64,000 nt of DNA from Anaerolineae bacterium. Its GTDB lineage: Bacteria > Chloroflexota > Anaerolineae > 4572-78 > NAK82. The notes under the pieces were generated by a model. It did no database searches and had not been told where the DNA came from. It was given only the letters and a program-made list of their open reading frames with translations. The stretch covers positions 178 to 64,177 of the forward strand of contig DAOUMD010000016.1 of assembly GCA_034412795.1 (NCBI GenBank), read 5' to 3'. The position numbers were made by a program, and so were the translations under genes. Positions 57,383 to 64,000 of this stretch are shown piece after piece. Numbering within the stretch: position 1 is the stretch's first letter; each line of letters starts with the position of its first letter.

Positions 57383-57880
57383 TGACTGAAGCTTTGCCAA
57401 TTCTGTGGCTCCCAGCGTCTTCCCCAAGTTTCGCAGGTTTGAGGATAACCTTACAAGAGGCGCAGCTGCTGCTTGACTGAATGGTCGTAGGAGACTTGCT
57501 AGGAGTTCCAATATCCAGACAATAATGGCTGCCAACGCCAGTATAGTCTTTCCCCGTACGTAGATACGTAGGCGGATGAGTGAAAAGAGGAACCGTCCAT
57601 AGAATTTAGCAGGGAGAATTAGCCAAACGAAACTTTCCGTGATCGCAGCAAGTATGAGTAGGCCAGACATGACAAGTAAGCAAATTATAAGCGCTAGCGG
57701 TTGTGGCAAATCCATAAGTAGAAATACGATGTACAACATGGTTCCCAGGAAGATGGTTATCAGCAGGTTTAGACCAACCTGAACATTTCTTACAATAACA
57801 TCGACAATCCAACTGGCCAGGTTGCCTCCAGAGTTCAATGTCCACATAAACAATTTGTCGGGCATTTTCATAGGGCTCAT
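57377..57880 (-). CDS. hypothetical membrane protein (3-4 TM)
   Basis: 167 aa with hydrophobic helices (LLITIFLGTMLYIVFLL, LALIICLLVMSGLLILAAI, ILALAAIIVWILELLASLL); start overlaps the upstream stop (ATGA). Confidence 0.6.
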   Translation of the reverse strand: MSPMKMPDKLFMWTLNSGGNLASWIVDVIVRNVQVGLNLLITIFLGTMLYIVFLLMDLPQPLALIICLLVMSGLLILAAITESFVWLILPAKFYGRFLFSLIRLRIYVRGKTILALAAIIVWILELLASLLRPFSQAAAAPLVRLSSNLRNLGKTLGATELAKLQSS

Positions 57881-58194
57881 GGGTTGATTTCCTCTTCATG
57901 AACCTCGAAGAACAGAAGCCGTACAATATGAATACAGTAGTAAATGAGAATAGCCAGCGCAGAAAGTATTTGAATACCTTCGATAATAGTTGCTACAAGA
58001 GGAATCCTTTCGATTTCTTCGTGGAATAGAATAACTGCTTGCTGTATGAGCCAATGATCAAGTCTGAGGAAGATCCAAAATACGACCCCTGCTTCGAAGA
58101 TAAGGGAAGCAGTGCGGACTATATTCCTTGCGCGTTTCTGGAGTACAGTTCCAATGTAAGATCTAAGAGTCGTTTGAGATTGACCTCGTTTCAT
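57877..58194 (-). CDS. hypothetical small membrane protein (2 TM)
   Basis: 105 aa, two hydrophobic segments, translationally coupled to 57377-57880. Confidence 0.5.
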   Translation of the reverse strand: MKRGQSQTTLRSYIGTVLQKRARNIVRTASLIFEAGVVFWIFLRLDHWLIQQAVILFHEEIERIPLVATIIEGIQILSALAILIYYCIHIVRLLFFEVHEEEINP

Positions 58195-58238
58195 TGTTTT
58201 TAGAATCCTGGTTTAATCTAGGGCATACAGCGACAGTG

Positions 58239-58287
58239 GCCTAACTACTGATTCTACGACAATTTTGTCGCAGAATCCCCAGTATGT
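58239..58287 (-). repeat. attC/attI-like site D: 13-bp hairpin followed by GTTAGGC
   Basis: Minus strand reads GATTCTGCGACAA-AA-TTGTCGTAGAATC-AGTA-GTTAGGC, 45 nt upstream of the first membrane ORF. Confidence 0.3.
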
Positions 58288-58465
58288 GACAAACCCTGGT
58301 GTCGCTTATTCTACCAAATAATATATCATACTTTTTCGACCGTTTCAACACTTTTTCAGACTTTTTGCGACGCAGCTCCCTGATTTGAGGCTAACTGTAA
58401 CGCTCCCGTCGCATGGCCGCCAGCCTGGGACGGGCGCTCGTCATTGCAGAAAGAGGCGGGGCGTT

Positions 58466-58493
58466 TTGGTGTTATCCTAGCGCGTGGTATAAT
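58466..58493 (+). promoter_or_regulatory. candidate extended -10 promoter (TTGGTG-16-TATAAT with TG at -15/-14)
   Basis: Read directly; ~105 nt upstream of the URO-D-like/MttB pair. Confidence 0.4.
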
Positions 58494-58598
58494 CTGCGGA
58501 ATGAGCAATTTGGGGGTTCCCTTCCCCAATCTACCAGTTTACCAGCCTACCATCCTCTTGCCGACCTGGATCCTCAAAGCCCATCAGGAGAGCCCACT

Positions 58599-59642
58599 AT
58601 GCCTGAAATGACCTCATTCGAGCGCTGCATAACCGTTTTGACGGGCGGCATCCCCGACCGGGTACCGGTCTGCCTGGAGAATTTCCAGCACGCCGCCGCC
58701 GTGGCTGGCTACACCCTGCGCGAATACTGCCTGGACGGCGAGAAGATGGCCGCCGCGCAAATCGCCGCCTGGCAGAAGTTCGGCCACGACATGATTGACA
58801 TGGAAAACGGGGTGGCGACGCTGGCGGGGGCGGTCGGGTGCGAAGTGCGCTATACTGATGACGCCCCGCCCTGGATCACCCGCCCCGTGCTAGAACGCAT
58901 CGAGGATATTGATCAGCTCAAACCTATTGATCCCTATCAAGATGGTACGCTGCCGGAGGTGATCAAGGCCACGCGCATCCTGGCCAGGGAATTGGGGAAG
59001 CACGTGTGTCTGCTGGTCGAAGCCGATCAAGGCCCATTTGACCTGGCTTGCCAGATCATGGACCTCCAGGAATTGCTGATCACCCTGCTCGATCCTGATA
59101 AGGAAGAGTGGGTTCACAAGTTATTGGCATACGCCTCTGAACAGATGCTGAGCTATGCCCGGGCGCTGATCGAAGCCGGAGCTCACCTGACGATGATGGG
59201 GGAATCGACCGGTGGGCCGGATGTCTGTTCGCCGGCCATTTACCGTCGCTTCGCTTTTCCTTACGAGCAGCGCCTGGTCGAAACCTTGCGCGCCGAGGGC
59301 AAGGAGATCGGCATGCACATTTGTGGGAATGTGACACCCATCATTGAGTCGATGGTGGCTAGCGGCGCTATCTTTTTGCAGGTTGACTACAAAATTGACC
59401 ATGCCGCCTGCAAGCGAGCTGCGCGGGGCAAGACCACGTTGATCGGCACGCTGGATCCCAGCGGCGTCATGGCGCGGGGCACAGTGGAAGACGTAATCCA
59501 GGCCGCCCGTTACGACATCCAATACTTGTCGGAAGGGGGCGGGTTTATCCTCAGCCCGGGCTGTACCTTGCCTTATACCACGCCGGATGAAAATGTCGCT
59601 GCGTTGGTTGAGACAGCTAAGCGGTACGGCCAATATCATTAA
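58599..59642 (+). CDS. URO-D/MtaA-like methyltransferase family protein
   Basis: N-terminal FERCITVLTGGIPDRVP, MHICGN and GGGFILSPGC motifs. Start at the ATG after AGGAGAG; the track ORF begins upstream at 58413. Confidence 0.75.
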   Translation: MPEMTSFERCITVLTGGIPDRVPVCLENFQHAAAVAGYTLREYCLDGEKMAAAQIAAWQKFGHDMIDMENGVATLAGAVGCEVRYTDDAPPWITRPVLERIEDIDQLKPIDPYQDGTLPEVIKATRILARELGKHVCLLVEADQGPFDLACQIMDLQELLITLLDPDKEEWVHKLLAYASEQMLSYARALIEAGAHLTMMGESTGGPDVCSPAIYRRFAFPYEQRLVETLRAEGKEIGMHICGNVTPIIESMVASGAIFLQVDYKIDHAACKRAARGKTTLIGTLDPSGVMARGTVEDVIQAARYDIQYLSEGGGFILSPGCTLPYTTPDENVAALVETAKRYGQYH

Positions 59643-59654
59643 TGCCGGATGAAG

Positions 59655-59684
59655 GACCTTAAGATTTACATAATCTTAAAGGTC
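59655..59684 (+). repeat. REP-like intercistronic hairpin (GACCTTAAGATT...AATCTTAAAGGTC)
   Basis: 12-bp stem with one bulge, between the URO-D-like and MttB genes. Confidence 0.5.
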
Positions 59685-59697
59685 TGAGTAACTATGA

Positions 59698-61188
59698 ATG
59701 AGGATGGTGAAAACAATGAGCGACAATGCCAGTTCCAGCCCTGGCGCTCGACTGTTGCGCTTCAGCGTGTTGCAACCGGCCGATATTGAGCGCATCCACG
59801 ACCTCTCGCTGAAGGTACTTGAGGAGACGGGCATCATCGTTCATTTTCCTCCTGCTCGTGACCTCCTCCAACGTCACGGCGCTTCTGTTGACGAAGCGCA
59901 CCAATTGGTCTACATCCCGCGTCGCCTGGTGGAGGAGGCGCTGGAGTCAGCCCCACGCCGGGTGGCCGTGTATAGCCGGGGTGATCCCGGGAAAGACTAT
60001 CTCCTGGAGTTGGATGGGGGGCGTTATGGACGGACTACCACCGGGCTCAACTGGATTCTGGATTACGACGCCACCCAGCGGCGAGCGGTCACCGAGGCTG
60101 ATGTGATCAACTGGACGCGTGTGATCCACGCTCTGCCCAACATCCATTTCGCCGGCTCGCTCAATGACCAGGAGGAGGCGGCCAAATCGGAGGAGGTGCG
60201 CTGCCTGGCCCGCATGCTGCACTACACCGATAAGCCCTTCATGTTTTCGGCCTTCAGCGGAGAGGGGATGCGCTGGCTGTGGCGTTTGACCGAAGTGGTA
60301 CAATCTGAGCACCGCCAGCCGCGCCTGATGGTTCTCTCGTCGGTGAACAGCCCTCTGATCTATGGCTGGGGGCAATGCGAAGCGGCTATGGTATCCGCCG
60401 AGGTGGGCATACCCGTTTGTTTTAACTCCTCGGCGGTGGCCGGGGTGACGGCGCCCGTTACTCTGGCCGGCAATGTGGTTCAGATGAATGCCGAGATGCT
60501 GGCCGCCCTGACCATCATCCAAACCCACCGGCCCGGTGCCCGGGTAGTATATGCGGCTCACCCCATGGCTATGGACATGAGGAACGGTTATGCATCCATC
60601 AGTATGGGGGAGGTGGGCTTGATGTCTGCGGCGTGTGTCGACATGGGGCGCTATTACGGTCTGCCGACGTCTTCCAACGGGGTTTGCACCGATGCGTGTA
60701 CGCCTGACCCCATGGCCACGCTGGAGAAATGGGCCAATGGTTACTTGCCCGTCATGGCAGGGGCCAACGTCAACGGCGGCGCAGGCTCGCTGGCTTGTGT
60801 AGGTACCGTCAGTCTCGAGCAATTGGTGATCGACGATGACGTATACGGACATTTCTTCCGCCACACCCGGGGCCTTGAGGTAAATGAAGACACGCTGGCT
60901 GTCGACTTGATTGCCAGGGTCGGTCCTGGCAACGCGTACATCATGGAGGACCATACGTTGGCCCATTTCCAGGACGAGTACTATTTCTCCTCGTTGGCCA
61001 ACCGGTTGAATGCACCCACCTGGGAAGCGGTGGGTGCCAAGGATGCCGTAGAGCGAGCTGCCGACATGGTCCAGCAAATACTGGCCGCTCCTTCGGAGCC
61101 GTTCTTGACTGATGAACAGTCCCGCGAGGTGAAGGCATTGCTGGCCAGGGCCGAAGAGGCACTGGCTGACATCGAGGTGCATGTCTAA
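59698..61188 (+). CDS. MttB (trimethylamine methyltransferase) superfamily protein, non-pyrrolysine type
   Basis: 496-aa uninterrupted ORF with an MttB-like N-terminus (IERIHDLSLKVLEETGI...). Start is uncertain (59698/59704/59716). Confidence 0.75.
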   Translation: MRMVKTMSDNASSSPGARLLRFSVLQPADIERIHDLSLKVLEETGIIVHFPPARDLLQRHGASVDEAHQLVYIPRRLVEEALESAPRRVAVYSRGDPGKDYLLELDGGRYGRTTTGLNWILDYDATQRRAVTEADVINWTRVIHALPNIHFAGSLNDQEEAAKSEEVRCLARMLHYTDKPFMFSAFSGEGMRWLWRLTEVVQSEHRQPRLMVLSSVNSPLIYGWGQCEAAMVSAEVGIPVCFNSSAVAGVTAPVTLAGNVVQMNAEMLAALTIIQTHRPGARVVYAAHPMAMDMRNGYASISMGEVGLMSAACVDMGRYYGLPTSSNGVCTDACTPDPMATLEKWANGYLPVMAGANVNGGAGSLACVGTVSLEQLVIDDDVYGHFFRHTRGLEVNEDTLAVDLIARVGPGNAYIMEDHTLAHFQDEYYFSSLANRLNAPTWEAVGAKDAVERAADMVQQILAAPSEPFLTDEQSREVKALLARAEEALADIEVHV

Positions 61189-61194
61189 CTGTCA

Positions 61195-61231
61195 GGTGCA
61201 ACGCACTTCGCGAAGTGCGTTGCACCTTATT
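61195..61231 (+). terminator. intrinsic terminator-like perfect 32-nt palindrome after the MttB gene
   Basis: GGTGCAACGCACTTCG/CGAAGTGCGTTGCACC followed by TTATT. Confidence 0.6.
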
Positions 61232-61261
61232 ACCAGCCCACTTATCCAAGGAGACGTGAGA

Positions 61262-62137
61262 ATGAACGACGTGGAACGCGTACTGACGGTAACCAACCAG
61301 TTGGGAGAGGGTTCCATATGGCTCCCAGACGAGGGGGCGTTATATTGGGTCGATATTGATGAACGGAAGATATTCCGTTTTTACCCGTCCACAGAAAAGC
61401 TTGAGTCTTTTGATGTTGAGACGCGGGTAACTGCCCTGGCGATGCGTGCCTCCGGTGGCTTCATAACCGCTACCGACAAAGGGCTGGCATACTGGGACAC
61501 CCAAACTCGAGAACTCAGTTTTATCGCCGACCCCGAAGCCGACAATCCGTCCACGCGCTTGAACGATGGCGCTGTCGACCGCCAGGGGCGTTTCTGGGCC
61601 GGAAGCATGAACGAGGTAGACTTTGCAACACCGGATGGTTCTCTTTATCGTCTCGACCCGGATGGCTCTATTCATACTATGGAGGTTGAGATCCTGCTGT
61701 CCAACGGCATCGGCTGGAGTCCGGACAACAAAACCATGTATTTTACGGACTCCATGCGCCAGATGATCTTGGCCTATGACTACGATCCTGCCACCGGTGC
61801 CATCAGCAACCGTCGTCCTTTCGCTCAAGTCTCCGAAGAGGGAGTTTTGCCGGATGGCCTTACCGTTGATAGTGAAGGTTTTGTCTGGAGTGCCCAGTGG
61901 GGTGGAGGGAATGTAACCCGATATGACCCGAACGGGGTGGTAGACCGCGTGATTCGATTGCCCGCGCAACAGATCACCTGCCCTGCATTCGGCGGAGAAA
62001 ACCTGGACGAACTATATATTACCTCTGCCTGGACCGGCCTCAGCCAAGAGGAAAGGGAGAAGCAACCGTTGGCGGGTGCCCTGTTCCGAATTAAGGTAGG
62101 TGTCAATGGCCTGGCAGAGCCCAAGTTCGCCGGATGA
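61262..62137 (+). CDS. SMP-30/gluconolactonase/LRE family protein
   Basis: Beta-propeller repeats GEGSIWLPDEG..YWVDI, NDGAVDRQGRFWAG, SNGIGWSPD and PDGLTVDSEGFVWSA. Confidence 0.85.
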   Translation: MNDVERVLTVTNQLGEGSIWLPDEGALYWVDIDERKIFRFYPSTEKLESFDVETRVTALAMRASGGFITATDKGLAYWDTQTRELSFIADPEADNPSTRLNDGAVDRQGRFWAGSMNEVDFATPDGSLYRLDPDGSIHTMEVEILLSNGIGWSPDNKTMYFTDSMRQMILAYDYDPATGAISNRRPFAQVSEEGVLPDGLTVDSEGFVWSAQWGGGNVTRYDPNGVVDRVIRLPAQQITCPAFGGENLDELYITSAWTGLSQEEREKQPLAGALFRIKVGVNGLAEPKFAG

Positions 62138-62148
62138 AACCGCCCCCC

Positions 62149-62230
62149 CTCTTCCATAGTTTGGAGAGGGGCCCGCTCCCTATAGTTTGGAGAGGGGTCC
62201 GCTCCCTATAGTTTGGAGAGGGGGCTGGGG
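62149..62230. repeat. 26-bp tandem repeat, about 3 copies (CTCCCTATAGTTTGGAGAGGGGYCCG)
   Basis: ATAGTTTGGAGAGGGG recurs at 62156, 62182 and 62208; lies between convergent genes. Confidence 0.8.
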
Positions 62231-62278
62231 GGTGAGGACTATCTTCAGATTCGTCCTTCGTCTCTGGTCCTTCGTCCA

Positions 62279-63592
62279 TCAGATAAGCCAGTCGGCGATC
62301 GTCAAAGCATACGTTTTGGTCAGGGCGATTAGATCTTCTATGTTTACCCACTCATCGGGTGCGTGGGCGTTTCCTCCCCGCGGACCGAAGATCACCACCG
62401 GCGTAGGGCTGTGAAGGTTAAACATAAACCCGTCGCAGGCGAAGGGGGCTGGTACGTGCGACGCTGGCCGGCCAGTCACCGATTCCAGATTTGTTGCCAG
62501 GAGCTCAAAGACCGGATTGTCCTCCGACATAGTGCTGCCCGGCAGGAAGCGTGTTCGCAGCTCCCATCTCGTGGATACCCTCCGTAGCGCGGGAGTGACT
62601 TCGGTTCTCTTCGCGACCACCTCCTCAAGCTCTGATCTGAGCTCATCCTCGGTCACACCGGGAGGAATCTCAATCCAGAACTCAACCCAGGCCGTCTCAG
62701 GGATTGCCTCCCCTGTCCCCCAGGGAAGGAGTTCTCCGGCCTGCAAGATGAAGGGCATCAGTGGGAACACGTCATCTTCGAAGCCCTTTGGTTTGGGTCG
62801 GGCGTTGCGCTCTGTGTTGTATTCGTCCAGCGCAGCCAGGATGTGACCCAGGCCGATCACCGGGTCAGGGAGTTCAGTCTCTCCAAAACCCATTCCCACG
62901 CCTTCCGCGTCAACGAACAACCGGAATTGTTGGCCGCCTCGGTGCGAAGGGCTGATGAACATGTTATTGGGCTCGGGGTTAATGGCGATGTCGGCGTTAT
63001 AACCACGCAGCCGGCAGGCAAGCGTTCCGTTGGAACCGCCGAACTCCTCGTCTACGACAGTTTCGAGAATCAGATCGCCCTTGAGTTTCAGGCCAAGCTC
63101 ACTTATGCAACGTGCTGCCATCAGATAGGCGGCAATGCCACCCTTCATGTCGTTTGAGCCTCGCCCGTACAGTTTGCCATCTTCAACTGTCCCATCCCAC
63201 CAGCCAAACTGGCCTTCACCGACGACTGGGACCACATCCATGTGACCGGTGAACAGCAGCGATTTCTTGCCGCCTGGGCCTGGCTGCTCTTCATAAGGCC
63301 GGGAAGTCAGTACCCCCACGACATTGGGCCGCCCGGCATAGTCTCGCCCCGGCCAATACGCCGGGTGATCGGTCAATCCTTCGACCTCTTCCGGTTGAAA
63401 AACGTCTACTTGACACCCAATGTCGCGCAGGAAATCAGCGACAAACATCTGGCAGTCTTTTTCGTCGCCATGAGGTGGCTTATTCTCGCTGGGGAGCCTT
63501 ATCAGCGACTGCGCCAGGCCGATGACCTCGGCCCGGTGAGCCTCAACCCATTCCAAGATCGAATCCCGAGAATAACCTGTCGAATCTGGCAT
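62279..63592 (-). CDS. M20 family metallopeptidase/deacylase
   Basis: FTGHMDVVP, SNDMKGG and VDEEFGGSNG motifs. Start set at the ATG 5 nt after GGAGG; the track ORF starts at TTG 63604. Confidence 0.8.
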   Translation of the reverse strand: MPDSTGYSRDSILEWVEAHRAEVIGLAQSLIRLPSENKPPHGDEKDCQMFVADFLRDIGCQVDVFQPEEVEGLTDHPAYWPGRDYAGRPNVVGVLTSRPYEEQPGPGGKKSLLFTGHMDVVPVVGEGQFGWWDGTVEDGKLYGRGSNDMKGGIAAYLMAARCISELGLKLKGDLILETVVDEEFGGSNGTLACRLRGYNADIAINPEPNNMFISPSHRGGQQFRLFVDAEGVGMGFGETELPDPVIGLGHILAALDEYNTERNARPKPKGFEDDVFPLMPFILQAGELLPWGTGEAIPETAWVEFWIEIPPGVTEDELRSELEEVVAKRTEVTPALRRVSTRWELRTRFLPGSTMSEDNPVFELLATNLESVTGRPASHVPAPFACDGFMFNLHSPTPVVIFGPRGGNAHAPDEWVNIEDLIALTKTYALTIADWLI

Positions 63593-63610
63593 ATTTTCCT
63601 CCAATTTTAT

Positions 63611-63752
63611 AGGATGGTTCAGAAATAGGGTAACACTTTCTCAACTGGACGAATGACGAATGACGAACGACGAAGAGACCTGAGCCAGTAATTGGTCCTT
63701 CGTCTTTCGTCTGCAATTGTTACCCTAATTTCTGGAACTTCTGAACCATGCC
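63611..63752 (-). mobile_element. MITE-A, full-length 142-bp copy flanked by an 8-bp target-site duplication
   Basis: TIRs are AGGATGGTTCAGAA...TAGGGTAACA and GGCATGGTTCAGAA...TAGGGTAACA. The direct repeat AATTTTAT occurs at 63603-63610 and 63753-63760. Confidence 0.8.
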
Positions 63753-63781
63753 AATTTTATTGCACCTTATTTGTATTCAGG

Positions 63782-64000
63782 TTAATCCGCCAACTGCCCG
63801 CCATCAATCAAGATCGACGCGCCGTGGACAAACGATGCGTCATCAGAAGCCAAGAAAGCAATCACCGAGGCCACTTCCTCAGGCTGTCCAACGCGCTTGA
63901 GGGGGATCTTTTTATCGATGTAGTCTTGTACGAACTCGGAAAGGTCCATAGCCTGGACGGTTTCTGTATTAATATAGCCGGGGCAGACACAATTTACGCG
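63782..64000 (-). CDS. SDR family oxidoreductase, C-terminal part (5' end outside window)
   Basis: My reverse-strand translation ends ...[18 protein letters not shown]-stop, a typical SDR C-terminus. It is not in the ORF track because it is truncated by the window edge. Confidence 0.55.
   Translation of the reverse strand, partial: RVNCVCPGYINTETVQAMDLSEFVQDYIDKKIPLKRVGQPEEVASVIAFLASDDASFVHGASILIDGGQLAD

Noticed and set aside
58340-58450. Cobalamin riboswitch upstream of the URO-D-like/MttB pair (AACTGTAA-like motif)
   Set aside because: Only this short motif is present. The other conserved B12-element blocks are absent, and the best promoter lies downstream of it.
53852-58598. Search for an integron integrase or other recombinase next to the attC-like sites
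   Set aside because: No ORF in or beside the island resembles a tyrosine recombinase (none of suitable length, no R..H-x-x-R..Y pattern). The array can therefore only be called integrase-less within this window.
58413-58598. 62-codon N-terminal extension of the URO-D-like ORF given by the track
   Set aside because: The extension covers the candidate promoter and lacks family similarity. The internal ATG at 58599 has an AGGAGAG RBS and aligns with the N-termini of the paralogues.
59947-61182. 411-aa ORF on the minus strand
   Set aside because: Shadow ORF opposite the MttB-family gene. Similar long antisense ORFs at 14673-15539, 20717-21574, 37456-38175, 45282-46019, 47773-48594 and 50694-51380 were rejected for the same reason.
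62149-62230. 26-bp repeats as a CRISPR array
   Set aside because: The units are directly tandem with no spacers, there are only about 3 copies, and no cas genes are present.
63759-63770. 12-mer TTGCACCTTATT shared with the terminator palindrome at 61219-61230
   Set aside because: Only half of the palindrome is present and the match is short; this is insufficient to call a repeat family.

Overview
High-GC bacterial chromosomal segment, roughly 55-60% G+C judged by eye from sampled stretches. TAT/lipoprotein-type solute-binding proteins with long Ala/Pro/Glu linkers hint at a Chloroflexota-like monoderm, which is inference only. I support about 57 protein-coding features and saw no rRNA, tRNA or CRISPR array. 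Almost all genes lie on the + strand in long catabolic/transport clusters. (i) 2.0-18.7 kb: a ROK-regulated glycan/amino-sugar locus with TIM-barrel isomerase, Gfo/Idh/MocA, nitrilase-family amidase, ROK-like kinase, PIG-L deacetylase, URO-D-like, HAD, NagB-like, GH172/DUF2961, a ceramidase-like protein and a 4-gene sugar ABC transporter. (ii) 19-25.9 kb: a DeoR regulator and a second sugar ABC system whose last permease gene is tandemly duplicated around a MITE. (iii) 26-39.3 kb: D-aminoacylase, GIY-YIG, phosphotriesterase-like, MoaD-like plus aldehyde:ferredoxin oxidoreductase, two SDRs, M20 and M24 peptidases, and URO-D-like paralogues plus one remnant. (iv) 39.5-44.5 kb: fucose-isomerase-like, SIS (AgaS-like), PfkB kinase and GatZ/KbaZ. 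(v) 45-51.3 kb: Gfo/Idh/MocA plus a LIV-type ABC transporter. (vi) 58.6-62.1 kb: URO-D-like, non-pyrrolysine MttB-family methyltransferase and SMP-30 lactonase. The most unusual region is a ~4-kb AT-richer island on the minus strand (54.2-58.3 kb). It carries two small membrane ORFs, a DUF3800 protein with an extra N-terminal domain, an orphan ORF and decayed genes. Each intact unit is followed by an imperfect inverted repeat with attC-like architecture, and no integrase is in the window, so I read it as a candidate integron-type cassette array (CALIN). The window also holds at least three MITE families with target-site duplications visible directly in the sequence, some of which supply stop codons and C-termini to neighbouring genes. 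All calls come from reading the sequence and the ORF track; no database search was run.
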